A stretch of DNA of 56,140 bases from an uncultured Piscirickettsiaceae bacterium. GTDB lineage: Bacteria; Pseudomonadota; Gammaproteobacteria; GCF-002020875. The stretch lies in NCBI GenBank assembly GCA_964551545.1, contig CAZKCT010000004.1, forward strand, positions 2,569-58,708, written 5' to 3'. Shown here piece after piece: positions 19,394-28,667 of the stretch. A program made the translations under genes and the position numbers. Numbering within the stretch: position 1 is the first letter of the stretch; the number at the start of each line of letters is the position of its first letter. The notes beneath the pieces were generated by a model. That model saw nothing but the letters and a program-made list of their open reading frames with translations. It did no database searches and had not been told where the DNA came from.

Positions 19394-21916
19394 CTACTGG
19401 TTGAATGGTGCGGCACGCTCAATCAGCTCATCCAGATCCGCTTCATCCTTGTTGAGCGGCATACCCGGATGGATGCAGCGTGAAGGACAGATCTCTGCCG
19501 CCTCGACCATCTGTGCATAGGTGCCGAGGTTAGGATCAGTGATGTAGGCCTGCTTATCTTCGTTGTAGACGAATAGCTGTGGGTTGATCGCCAGACAGTC
19601 GTTGCAGGTGGTGCAGAGCATAGAGTCGACCCATGGATCTTCACTAATCTCGATCACCGCCTCTGCTGCATCCTCCTCCTCTGTGGGTGCATTCGGCTCG
19701 GAGTCCACTTCACTGGACTCTTCCTGGTTCTCCTTAGTGACCGGAGCTGATGAGCTGGCAGGTGTCGCTGTGGAACTGAAACCTTGTGAGAGATCCATCT
19801 CCATCAACACTTGAGCCAGCTTGCCCATCACTTCCGTGGTGGCATTGCCTTGTAGTTCGGTGAGCTCTGCCTCATGGGCTGCATTGAGTTCGCTGATTTG
19901 GCTGTTGAGTTTGGCCTCTGCCAATAGGTTGGCTTCATTGAGGGACTGTTCAACGTGCGGGTTACGTACGCCAGAGAGCTCTTGCAGGGTATGCCAGTAG
20001 TTGAGGCGATCCTTGCAGGCGAGGATCAACTCACGGGAGACGACGACCTTGTGCAGCTCATTTTCCTCATTGATTGTCCAGACGAAGGGGATCAGTGAGA
20101 AGGTCTCCTCATCGCTCTGTCCAAGATAATCGGCAATGGGGATCAGACTGTTGGAGTCAAAGCCAGCAGGAATCTGACGGAAATGATTACGCAGTTGTGG
20201 AATCAGAAGCGCATAGTCAGCAAAGGTGAAGGCCAGCTCGGTATGCACCATCTCGCCGCTATCGTCACGGTAGCTGAAGGGGTGAATGGCCCAATCCTTT
20301 TCCGCTTGTGGATTGACACTGAAGTTCATACGCTCGGCAAAGGTATCCCCATGCTTCGGGTTGATGCGGAAGAAGGGGTGAACGCGCCCCTCCAGCGCTG
20401 CACCGGAGACCATCCAGGGGTCCATCAGGAATTGCTTGCGGGTCTTGGTGACCGATTCCCCTACCAGGTGAGGATCAGCCTCTTGCAGAATGACCTCATC
20501 CTGCATGCCGGTATTGATGAGGTGAACACTGGTACGGGGGATCTCAGTGGCCTCCAGGAAGCCCTGCATCAGGTGCTGGTAGCGTGCCGCAGAGGTCTGG
20601 CTAACGTAGCACTGACGATGCGCAGTGGCGAGGTAACCTAGCTCCAGACGGAAATCCTGGAATGGGTGCTCGTCACTGGCGGCGGGGTTGCCATGCCCCT
20701 TAATTCGTGTGAGTACCTGCACAGGGCGACCAGAGTTGAGCAGTCTGGAGAAGGCGCTCATCCCATTGTCGGCAAGGCGCAGTGAAGACTCCAGCGCAAT
20801 GGTGGCCGGGATCAGTAGCAGCTCCTCTTCGGAGAAGGCCTCCCAGCCAAAATTGTCGAACCAGGGATCGTGGACTACTGAGTCATACTGGTTGTCGATC
20901 TCCAGTCGAGCGATACGACAGGCCGAGAAGAGCGTTGCCAGTTGGCCGGCCTGTTCATCAAACAGGATGGCAGCTCGGCTGCAGGGGTCTTCATCCGAAA
21001 TGGTTTCGAAGTGTTCCGGACTACGGGTCCAAGAGCCACTAAAATCTCCACTGTGGACGAACCGGACCTGAATAGAGGGCTGTTCAAATTGGTGAATGAC
21101 TGCTGTGGCCTGCTCAATCCGATTGAGTCGATCCTCTGACATTGGTACGGTTGCGGACTGTTTCGGTAGCAAGTCGGTGAGTCGGTCGGTATTGAAATGG
21201 GCGGCTTCGTTACCCATGCTGCGACTGACCGCTGTGGCATCGATCTCTCCTCGTTTGTGTCGTTCCACATCAAGCAGCTGGTCGAGTTGGCGTTGTAGGC
21301 CTTTTACCTCATCTTCAAAGGCATCCCAGCGGGCATGGAAGCGGCCATGCACCAGATGGATCATCAGATGAATGGTGGTGTAGCGGTCATAGGGGAGCAG
21401 TTCATCTTTGGGGTGAACGCCCTCTATCAGCTGGTCAAGGTCGGCCTGCAGGTTGGCACTGTTCTCTTCCGATAGGGTGAGATGCTCCAGCAGCGCACGG
21501 TTAGACTTTTCGACAATTGGGCGCAGTAATTGTGGCCCCTCTAACGCTTCGATCTCCTTGCGAATGGCATATTCCAGCCAATCCAGGTTGTCTTTGAGAA
21601 TACGTGCGCTGTTCTCGCCCGGGGCAAAGCTCTCGATATGCTCCTTGAGGAAGCTGGCAAGTGGCTCTGCATGGCGATCCTTGTACTGGGAGTGACGAGA
21701 GAAGAGGATCAGCGGATAGTCATAGCGGATCTTGGAGGCGTCACGAAACGGACTCAACAGTGCAGGCAGGTGCTCGCTGTTGATGGAGAGTGTCTCCCGC
21801 TCCACACTGGGATCTCCCAAATGGAAGTGGTGCAGGGTTCGCAAGATTGCCGCTTCAGCTTCACGATCCGGCTGTGTGGAGGCATGCAGGGTTGGTAGAG
21901 GAGGTGCGCTACTCAT
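19394..21916 (-). CDS. Uncharacterised protein with a degenerate PFOR C-terminal domain, coiled coil, acidic linker and C-terminal ferredoxin
   Basis: LLNSGRPVQVL, CYVSQTS, HPFFRINP and WHTLQELSGV mirror the C-terminus of 14068..18531. Ends in CTTCNDC...CPSRC. Confidence 0.75.
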   Translation of the reverse strand: MSSAPPLPTLHASTQPDREAEAAILRTLHHFHLGDPSVERETLSINSEHLPALLSPFRDASKIRYDYPLILFSRHSQYKDRHAEPLASFLKEHIESFAPGENSARILKDNLDWLEYAIRKEIEALEGPQLLRPIVEKSNRALLEHLTLSEENSANLQADLDQLIEGVHPKDELLPYDRYTTIHLMIHLVHGRFHARWDAFEDEVKGLQRQLDQLLDVERHKRGEIDATAVSRSMGNEAAHFNTDRLTDLLPKQSATVPMSEDRLNRIEQATAVIHQFEQPSIQVRFVHSGDFSGSWTRSPEHFETISDEDPCSRAAILFDEQAGQLATLFSACRIARLEIDNQYDSVVHDPWFDNFGWEAFSEEELLLIPATIALESSLRLADNGMSAFSRLLNSGRPVQVLTRIKGHGNPAASDEHPFQDFRLELGYLATAHRQCYVSQTSAARYQHLMQGFLEATEIPRTSVHLINTGMQDEVILQEADPHLVGESVTKTRKQFLMDPWMVSGAALEGRVHPFFRINPKHGDTFAERMNFSVNPQAEKDWAIHPFSYRDDSGEMVHTELAFTFADYALLIPQLRNHFRQIPAGFDSNSLIPIADYLGQSDEETFSLIPFVWTINEENELHKVVVSRELILACKDRLNYWHTLQELSGVRNPHVEQSLNEANLLAEAKLNSQISELNAAHEAELTELQGNATTEVMGKLAQVLMEMDLSQGFSSTATPASSSAPVTKENQEESSEVDSEPNAPTEEEDAAEAVIEISEDPWVDSMLCTTCNDCLAINPQLFVYNEDKQAYITDPNLGTYAQMVEAAEICPSRCIHPGMPLNKDEADLDELIERAAPFNQ

Positions 21917-21931
21917 CGTTGGTTCAACCCG

Positions 21932-22894
21932 TTAAATGGCAAAGGTGTCCAGCGCCTTGTTGGTCGCTGCAATTTTCTGCTCGTCGGTGGCGTCATGGCC
22001 GACACTGGAGAGCTCGTCATAGCAGGGACGAGACGCATCCTGGTAGAGCAGGCCGACGGGGATGATTCCCTTGTCGGTCTCGTCACGGGCAATCGCCATC
22101 GCTTCATTGAAGTCAGAGGGGTCGTGCTCGCGGGTTTCCGGGAAGAGGCGGTCGATGCCGGGAGCGACCGGAATACCATTTTCATGTTGTAACAGTAGTA
22201 GACGGGAGCTGTCTTCCTGCAGCTCCTTGGTGATGCTGTCACTGAAGACCGGGCAACGCTGGATGACGCGGACAAAGCTACTCCCTTTGTGGGCGTGTGC
22301 AGCCTTGATTGTCTCGTAGAGCAGGGGTGGATTCCAGTCAACTACCTGGGCCACAAAGGAGGCGTTGGTGATCGCCATGGTGACCGTGTTGGGGTTCATC
22401 ATATCAATCGATGCCCCCTCTGGATGGGTGTTGGTGGGGAACTCCAGTGGTGTGGTTGGAGAGGTCTGCTTCTTGGTCAGTCCGTAGATCTGATTATCGA
22501 AGACCAATACGGTCATATCCATGTTGTAGCGAACCGCATGGATCCAGTGACCGGCACCGATGGAGTAGCAGTCACCATCACCGGTAGCGACCCAGACATC
22601 CAGATCGGGGCGGCGGGATTTTACACCGCAGGCGAGTGGCAGCGCGCGACCATGGATGCCATGCAGGCCGTAGGTGGCCATATAGTGGGGCATACGGCTG
22701 GAGCAGCCGATGCCGGAGACAAAGACACTCTTTTCGGGAGGGAGCTGTGCATCACGCAATACGCGGTGGGCGGTTGCCAGGACGGCGTGGTCACCACAAC
22801 CGTCACACCAGCGCGCCACGTTACCCTCGTAGTCATCGATGGTGAAGTAGCGCTCCTGAATGTCGAGAGACCAATCTGCCTTAATTCCAAACAT
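21932..22894 (-). CDS. korB: 2-oxoacid (probably 2-oxoglutarate):ferredoxin oxidoreductase beta subunit
   Basis: WCDGCGDH, SGIGCSSR, HGRALP, TPP motif GDGD...NQIYGLTKKQTSPT and QRCP. Confidence 0.9.
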   Translation of the reverse strand: MFGIKADWSLDIQERYFTIDDYEGNVARWCDGCGDHAVLATAHRVLRDAQLPPEKSVFVSGIGCSSRMPHYMATYGLHGIHGRALPLACGVKSRRPDLDVWVATGDGDCYSIGAGHWIHAVRYNMDMTVLVFDNQIYGLTKKQTSPTTPLEFPTNTHPEGASIDMMNPNTVTMAITNASFVAQVVDWNPPLLYETIKAAHAHKGSSFVRVIQRCPVFSDSITKELQEDSSRLLLLQHENGIPVAPGIDRLFPETREHDPSDFNEAMAIARDETDKGIIPVGLLYQDASRPCYDELSSVGHDATDEQKIAATNKALDTFAI

Positions 22895-22897
22895 AAC

Positions 22898-24772
22898 TTA
22901 TTCTCCTGTCTCGCTGTCGGTCAGTTGATCCAGGCGCTCTTGCAGCGCCCCCTCAATCAGGTCCGGTTGTAGCGGGTGACCATAGACTACAGACCAGCAA
23001 TCGACATCGACCAGGGTCTGTACACGCAGTACGGTAGCGAGCTGGCCGTAGCGACGGTTCTCATCGGTGACCATCGGTGCGTTGGGATCATCGCTATAGT
23101 TGACCTCCACCGTAATCACCTTGTTGAAGCGGGAGAAGATCTCCTTCAATCCCGGTTCTAGAGGAGAGAGGAAGCGTAGATGGATGGTAGAGACCTTGTT
23201 GCCTTTCTCACGCAGGTTATCGACCGCTTCGGTGATCGCGCCCCAAGTAGAACCCCAGCCGATGACTAGCATATCACCAGACTCATCCCCATGAATCTTG
23301 GGTGGGGTGAGGGTGCTCTGCAGTGTGCCCAGCTTTCGGCTGCGCATGGTGTGGCTATACTGGTTTTCAGCGGACTCATAAGAGACCTTGCTGTGTTTGG
23401 TATGAGAGAGACCAGTCATGATGTACTCACCCTTCGGCATACCCGGAATCGGACGCTGTGAGAGGCCGGTGTTCTCGTCCCACTCAAAGGGGGCTACATT
23501 GGTATCCCATTCTGACTGATCCAGTGGCGGTGCCATCATCTCGCGGGTGACATCAGGGCGTGCCCACGGCTGTACGCCGGTTGCCAGATTGGCATCGGTC
23601 AATACAATGACTGGGCCACGGAAGGTTTCGGCCAGTTTACGTGCAGTGACCACCATGCTGAAACACTCGGCAATGGTGGCAGCTGCCATGATGATTTTTG
23701 GAGCATCGCCCGGCATACCGTACAGAGAGGAGAGCAGATCCGCCTGCTCAATCTTAGTAGGCAGACCGGTAGAGGGGCCGCCACGCTGTACGTCGACAAT
23801 CACCAGTGGGATCTCGGCCATCACTGCCAGCGCGATATTCTCGGTCTTCAGCGCCATGCCAGGACCAGAGGTGATGGTGCAGGCGGTCTTGCCCGCGTAC
23901 GAGGCACCAATCGCAAAGGAGATTGCGGCAATCTCATCTTCCGCTTGATGAATGAAACCACCGGCTTCAGGATAGATTTCTGCCAGATAGTGGGTGGCAG
24001 AGGTGGCCGGGGTGATCGGATACATCGAGACCAGCTCCATGCCCGAGGCGAGGACACCGAGTCCGACCGCCTGGTTTCCGTTGGTGACCACCATCTTCTG
24101 TTGTCCCATCTCTTCTGCAGGGGGGATGTCAAAGAAGTATTCGGGAAGCTGTTCTCCGGCAAAGGCGTAACCAGCATCAAATAGATTTTGGTTGCTGGTG
24201 ATGATCGCCTCCTTCTTGCCGGCAAAGGTGAGGGCGATCTCATTGCGACCCAACTCTTTGTCTCGGTTGTAGATGCGGCAGAGCATCCCGAGTACGAACA
24301 TGTTTTTGCCCTTGCGGGGATCTTTCACCACCTTCAGGCAGGCCTCATGAATCGGCAATTCGTGAACGACCAGGCCGTGGTCACGGAACTCCTTCACAGC
24401 TTTGGCGTACATTTGTTGGATTTCTTCGGAGGCATCCGTGGCCCAGCGGTTATCCAGCAATACTACAGAGCCCTTCTTGTAGGCGCCGTTGGCGATGCGA
24501 GAGTAGAGTACCTGCTCGTTAAAGGCGACGACGAGATCGCCCTCATTGCCGACATTGGTGATGTATTTGGAGCCGAGACGAATACGGATGCCGCTGGCAC
24601 CAGACGGGGTGCGAGCGGGCGGCTGAATCTCGGCCGGAATAATCTCTACCGTCCAGACGCCGTTATTCATCTTGGAGCTGATATTTCCGAAAGTCTGGCC
24701 GCACTTCTGTGCGCCTTCGCCGGAGTCGCTAACGATCTCGACGATGTGTTCCTGAATGGTTGTTGGACTCAA
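22898..24772 (-). CDS. korA: 2-oxoacid (probably 2-oxoglutarate):ferredoxin oxidoreductase alpha subunit (gamma-alpha fusion)
   Basis: DSGEGAQ, YPITPAT, QAEDEIAA, TSGPG and QRGGPSTGLPTK. Start placed at TTG 24772 after GAGGGA. Substrate is inferred. Confidence 0.9.
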   Translation of the reverse strand: MSPTTIQEHIVEIVSDSGEGAQKCGQTFGNISSKMNNGVWTVEIIPAEIQPPARTPSGASGIRIRLGSKYITNVGNEGDLVVAFNEQVLYSRIANGAYKKGSVVLLDNRWATDASEEIQQMYAKAVKEFRDHGLVVHELPIHEACLKVVKDPRKGKNMFVLGMLCRIYNRDKELGRNEIALTFAGKKEAIITSNQNLFDAGYAFAGEQLPEYFFDIPPAEEMGQQKMVVTNGNQAVGLGVLASGMELVSMYPITPATSATHYLAEIYPEAGGFIHQAEDEIAAISFAIGASYAGKTACTITSGPGMALKTENIALAVMAEIPLVIVDVQRGGPSTGLPTKIEQADLLSSLYGMPGDAPKIIMAAATIAECFSMVVTARKLAETFRGPVIVLTDANLATGVQPWARPDVTREMMAPPLDQSEWDTNVAPFEWDENTGLSQRPIPGMPKGEYIMTGLSHTKHSKVSYESAENQYSHTMRSRKLGTLQSTLTPPKIHGDESGDMLVIGWGSTWGAITEAVDNLREKGNKVSTIHLRFLSPLEPGLKEIFSRFNKVITVEVNYSDDPNAPMVTDENRRYGQLATVLRVQTLVDVDCWSVVYGHPLQPDLIEGALQERLDQLTDSETGE

Positions 24773-24941
24773 AACAGTTCCCTCGTAGAACAAAAATTCC
24801 TTGTGTAGCCTGAGGTTCAGGCGGGTAATGACAGCCCTTAATAATCGCACTATTTGTGCGTAGAAATCAAGTTTTAGGGGATTTTGTGCTCTTCAGATGC
24901 CTGCAAAATGCCCGAAGTTTTGCTGTTTTTTGTGGAGTTTA

Positions 24942-24955
24942 TTGAAATTTATCAA
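24942..24955. promoter_or_regulatory. FNR/CRP-family-like box upstream of korA
   Basis: TTGAAATTTATCAA is TTGAT-N4-ATCAA with one mismatch; a second TTGA-N5-TCAA palindrome lies at 24960-24972. Confidence 0.35.
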
Positions 24956-25025
24956 AACATTGAAAAAATCAATGGCGTCGATTGTGTTGTTCTAATAGGG
25001 GAGATTTGTAGAGCCCCCTTAAATA

Positions 25026-26303
25026 TTAGAAAAGTGGTTGCTCACTGTGCCGGAGTGGCTGTTCGTACTCCTCCATGAAGTGGTAGAGCGAGCTATCGAG
25101 TAGTTTCATGGCACCATCGAGTAGATGACAGCGGCCGCTGCCGGGCAGGATGCGAGTGAGGTTGATCAGGGTATCCAAGTCGGCTCGAGTGCCGTTGCCG
25201 CTATCGATTCGAGTCAGCAATTGGGAGGCGTAGTGGGTGCCGGTTTTACAGGAGGGGCACTGACCACAAGATGCCGTGGCAAAGAAAGAGACATATTCGG
25301 TCACGCGGCGGACGATGCCTGTTCCCTCAGAGATGACGATCATGGCGCCAGTTCCCAGACTGGAGCGACGCTGCTGGACGGAGGTAAAGTCGAGCGGTAC
25401 ATCCAGATCTTTTGGGGTGAGAATGGTGTTCGATGGACCCCCAACAAAGACCGCTTTCAATTTGCGGTCCAGCAACATACCGCCGCCGTAGTTGTAGATG
25501 AGCTCAGAGAGCGGGGTACCCATTGGTAATTCGTAGGCGCCAGGATGGAGGACATCCCCACTGAGTGAAAAAATCTTGGTGCCGTGTGATGCCCCTTCCC
25601 CCTGATTGATGAACCACTCGGCGCCATTGCGCAGGATGTGGGAGACATTGGCGAGGGTCTCGGTGTTGTTGATCAGAGTGGGAGACTCAAACAGTCCGGA
25701 TTGTGCAGGATAAGGTGGTTTGCCGCGTGGGAAGGGGAAGTTGCCCTCAATTGACTCGATCGCTGCGGTCTCTTCGCCACCGACATAGAGGCCAGAGCTG
25801 GCCACAATATAGAACTCCAGTGGACGTCCCAGAATTCCCGAGACCTGGCTGATGTATTTAGTGTCATCCCACTGATTGACCGCCTCTCGCATCGCCTCCA
25901 TGGAGCCGGTCAAATGGGGATTGATATAGAAGACGATCTGATTAATGCCGCAGGCGAGTGCGGTGATGATGGCCCCCTCAATCACCTGGTGCGGGGTCTC
26001 CTCCAGCAGAAGGCGATCCTTGAAGGTGCCGGGTTCATCCTCGTTGCCATTGCAGATCAGGTATTTGTCCTGATTGTTGGGCTCGTTGGCAACAAACTCC
26101 CATTTGATGTGCGTGGGGAATCCGCTGCCGCCGAGTCCAAGCAGCTGCGCCTCACGAATGGCGGGGAGGATTGTTGCAGGGTCGGTAATTGCCTGCTCCA
26201 GACCATCGCCGCCCACATCAATGAGCCAGGCATCAAGGTCTGCACCAAAGCGGCGGTCGGGATGGAGTAGCACCTGGTTGAGAAGAGAGGTGTCCGAACT
26301 CAT
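25026..26303 (-). CDS. NuoF/HoxF-like NADH-binding FMN/4Fe-4S subunit
   Basis: GLGGSGFPT, NEDEPGTFKDR, YVGGEETA, PRGKPPYPA, NNTETL and SCGQCPSC...C. Confidence 0.88.
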   Translation of the reverse strand: MSSDTSLLNQVLLHPDRRFGADLDAWLIDVGGDGLEQAITDPATILPAIREAQLLGLGGSGFPTHIKWEFVANEPNNQDKYLICNGNEDEPGTFKDRLLLEETPHQVIEGAIITALACGINQIVFYINPHLTGSMEAMREAVNQWDDTKYISQVSGILGRPLEFYIVASSGLYVGGEETAAIESIEGNFPFPRGKPPYPAQSGLFESPTLINNTETLANVSHILRNGAEWFINQGEGASHGTKIFSLSGDVLHPGAYELPMGTPLSELIYNYGGGMLLDRKLKAVFVGGPSNTILTPKDLDVPLDFTSVQQRRSSLGTGAMIVISEGTGIVRRVTEYVSFFATASCGQCPSCKTGTHYASQLLTRIDSGNGTRADLDTLINLTRILPGSGRCHLLDGAMKLLDSSLYHFMEEYEQPLRHSEQPLF

Positions 26304-27937
26304 GAGGAGCCGCTCCTGCGGTTGCGATGGAGTCCGGCATAGTCGGAGTCGAGATCAAATTTTGCGTACTCCGGGAAGAGAAGAGGACCTTCGTGGTCTA
26401 GTCCGAGCCCGGCAATGGTGATCTCCCGACGTAGTTGGTTAATATGTTCAATCGAGAGCTGTGTACGTCGTTTGGTTTTGCGTCGTTCCGCAGCGGTCAG
26501 ACCAGCGCGTCGTCCATAGCTGATGATCTCCAGCAGCGCATTGCCCATCAGTCGGTTCTTGCCGTGAATGCCGCCGGTGACCTCGCCGACACAGAGGAGG
26601 CCAGGAACCGAAGTTTCACACTGCTCATTAATAACGACCCCCCCGTTCTGATAGTGGAGGGTGGGGTAGATCAGCATCGGTTTTTGGGTCAGGTCGACCC
26701 CTGCTTTTTTGCCCAGATGCATCAGTTTTGGAAACCGTTTTTCGATAATTCCGGGGTGGCGTAGATTGAGGCCGGGTGTATCGAGCCAGACGCCAACCTG
26801 ATTGTCGTCAGTGACGATGCCACGCCCCTCCTGGCATTCACGAATGATGGATGCCGCAACAATATCGCGTGGCTGCAGCTCATCGACGAAGCGTTCTCCG
26901 TGGCCATTCAGTAGATAGGCGCCGTTGGAGCGGACCCCTTCGGTAATCAGTGTTCCAGCGAGGTGGTAGGGATGAGCCAGGCCGGTGGGGTGGTACTGAA
27001 AGCTGTCGAGGTCTCGCAGTTTTGTCCCCATGCGGTAGGCAAGTACCAGTCCATCTCCTGTGGCACCAAAGTGGTTGGAGGTGGGGAATTGGTTGAGATG
27101 CATTCGACCGATGCCGCCTGTGGCAAGGATGACCGACTTGGCATTGACCTGAATATATTTTCGATCTTTGAGGGAGGAGAGGACGGCGCCCGAGCAGCCA
27201 CCATGGTCATCTCCCAATAACTCTACGGTTGGGGAGTAGTTCCATACCTCGACCCCGCTGTTGTAGACTGTCTCGCGCAGGACACGCATCATCTCCAGTC
27301 CAGTGTAGTCCCGGTAGAAACAGATGCGCTCATTGCTGGTACCACCGGCACGACGGGTCAGTAGGTCTCCAAATTCGTCGAGATCAAACTGCATACCCTG
27401 CTGAATCAGCCAGCGTATGGTATCTGGGCCATCCAGTGCCAACTGCTCTACCAGACCGGGATCGGAGTGGTTGTGTCCCGCCTGGATGGTGTCGTTATAG
27501 TGAAGCTGGGGAGAGTCCCCTTTGTTGATGGAGGCCTGTATGCCCCCCTCGGCCATAATGGTGTTGCTGTCACCCAGACGCAGTTTGGTGGCCAGAATGA
27601 CACTTGCACCCTGTTGCTTTGCAATCAATGCGGCAGCGCAGCCAGCCCCACCGCCGCCGATGACCAGGACATCGGTGTTGACGGTGGCCGCTCCTGCGAG
27701 ATCGGACTCATTGATGCGCGAGTCAGACTGTAGCTGCTGTGCCAATTGGGTGTGACATGCGGCGCCGGCATTGGGACCGATCTCTAGATGAGTCAGAGAG
27801 GACTCAATATGGTCTGGGTGAAAGCGACTCAGCAGAATGTGGTTGTCCAGTGCTGGGTCGGGCAGGGGAAGTGTCTCATTGGGCTGATAGGATTCGAGCG
27901 CTTGCTGGTAAGCAGTACCCGGTTGGAGGTCGGTCAT
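26300..27937 (-). CDS. Soluble fumarate reductase-type flavoprotein (SdhA/FrdA/TfrA family, non-covalent FAD)
   Basis: GGGGAG; SNTIMAEGG (no covalent-FAD His); catalytic motifs QYHPTG, TEGVR, PRDIVA, HYQNGG and NRLMGN; no long C-terminal helical domain. Confidence 0.85.
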   Translation of the reverse strand: MTDLQPGTAYQQALESYQPNETLPLPDPALDNHILLSRFHPDHIESSLTHLEIGPNAGAACHTQLAQQLQSDSRINESDLAGAATVNTDVLVIGGGGAGCAAALIAKQQGASVILATKLRLGDSNTIMAEGGIQASINKGDSPQLHYNDTIQAGHNHSDPGLVEQLALDGPDTIRWLIQQGMQFDLDEFGDLLTRRAGGTSNERICFYRDYTGLEMMRVLRETVYNSGVEVWNYSPTVELLGDDHGGCSGAVLSSLKDRKYIQVNAKSVILATGGIGRMHLNQFPTSNHFGATGDGLVLAYRMGTKLRDLDSFQYHPTGLAHPYHLAGTLITEGVRSNGAYLLNGHGERFVDELQPRDIVAASIIRECQEGRGIVTDDNQVGVWLDTPGLNLRHPGIIEKRFPKLMHLGKKAGVDLTQKPMLIYPTLHYQNGGVVINEQCETSVPGLLCVGEVTGGIHGKNRLMGNALLEIISYGRRAGLTAAERRKTKRRTQLSIEHINQLRREITIAGLGLDHEGPLLFPEYAKFDLDSDYAGLHRNRRSGSS

Positions 27938-28569
27938 GGAGACTCCTCCTTGATAATGCTGAACCCACCCTTGCGGATCTTCTCTAGACGGTTGATCAGA
28001 TTGGAGGGGCGAGCGTGAAAGTAGGCTGTGACCCGGCGGGCAAAGAGGCCGACACGGTTAGGGGCGATCGATTCAGGACAGCCCGTCATGCAGAGGTCAC
28101 ACATGATGCACTCGATAAAGAGCTCTCCAGCCTCTTTGAAGCGTCCCTTGACGGCCAGCTCGACCCCTTTTTCGACATCAATTCCCTTGGGGCAGGCGGT
28201 GGTGCAGCCATGGCAGTGACGGCACTGTTGTGCCTCGGGGAATATGTTGTGGAATTCTGTCTGCACCTCCCAGGAGTTTGGAATCTGCTCCAGCTGGTAG
28301 CTATGCTGGGAGGGGGAGGGGAAGATCAGGAACATCACCTCCATGCCTTCCTCAACCAGTGTCTGGCACCCCATCTCCATGGAGACCTGCTGAGTGTCGG
28401 CACGGCGAACCAGGACACGACAAGAGCCACAAACACCTTCTAGGCAGCCAACCCCCTGAACGCGGGGATAACCGGCGTGCCACAACGCCTGAATGACAGA
28501 GAGCGTTGAAGGTACGGTGATCTGGTTGCCGTTAATGGTAACGGTGACTTCGGTTTTTTGGGCGCTCAT
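27934..28569 (-). CDS. FeS subunit (2Fe-2S plus 2x4Fe-4S) of the soluble fumarate reductase
   Basis: GCLEGVCGSC...C, CRHCHGCTTACP and CIMCDLCMTGCP. Start is MSAQKT at 28569; the longer ORF runs through the tRNA. Overlaps the flavoprotein start by 4 nt. Confidence 0.85.
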   Translation of the reverse strand: MSAQKTEVTVTINGNQITVPSTLSVIQALWHAGYPRVQGVGCLEGVCGSCRVLVRRADTQQVSMEMGCQTLVEEGMEVMFLIFPSPSQHSYQLEQIPNSWEVQTEFHNIFPEAQQCRHCHGCTTACPKGIDVEKGVELAVKGRFKEAGELFIECIMCDLCMTGCPESIAPNRVGLFARRVTAYFHARPSNLINRLEKIRKGGFSIIKEESP

Positions 28570-28619
28570 ACTGGGCAATTTGAGTGTCCTGAAATCGAAA
28601 AGGGGGGCGAATACTACCA

Positions 28620-28660
28620 TAAAAAAGCCGGTCTTCGCGTTGAGGCAAAGACCGGCTTTA
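28620..28660 (-). terminator. Terminator after tRNA-Glu
   Basis: Minus strand reads AAAGCCGGTCTT...AAGACCGGCTTTTTT. Confidence 0.8.
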
Positions 28661-28667
28661 GATCTGT

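Noticed and set aside
26300-27937. L-aspartate oxidase (nadB)
   Set aside because: Same family, but the gene overlaps FeS and NuoF-like genes and has no nadA/nadC neighbours; disfavoured, not excluded.
10387-28667. Genomic island integrated at tRNA-Glu
   Set aside because: No integrase, no duplicated tRNA 3' end near 10400-10530, and no compositional shift evident by eye.
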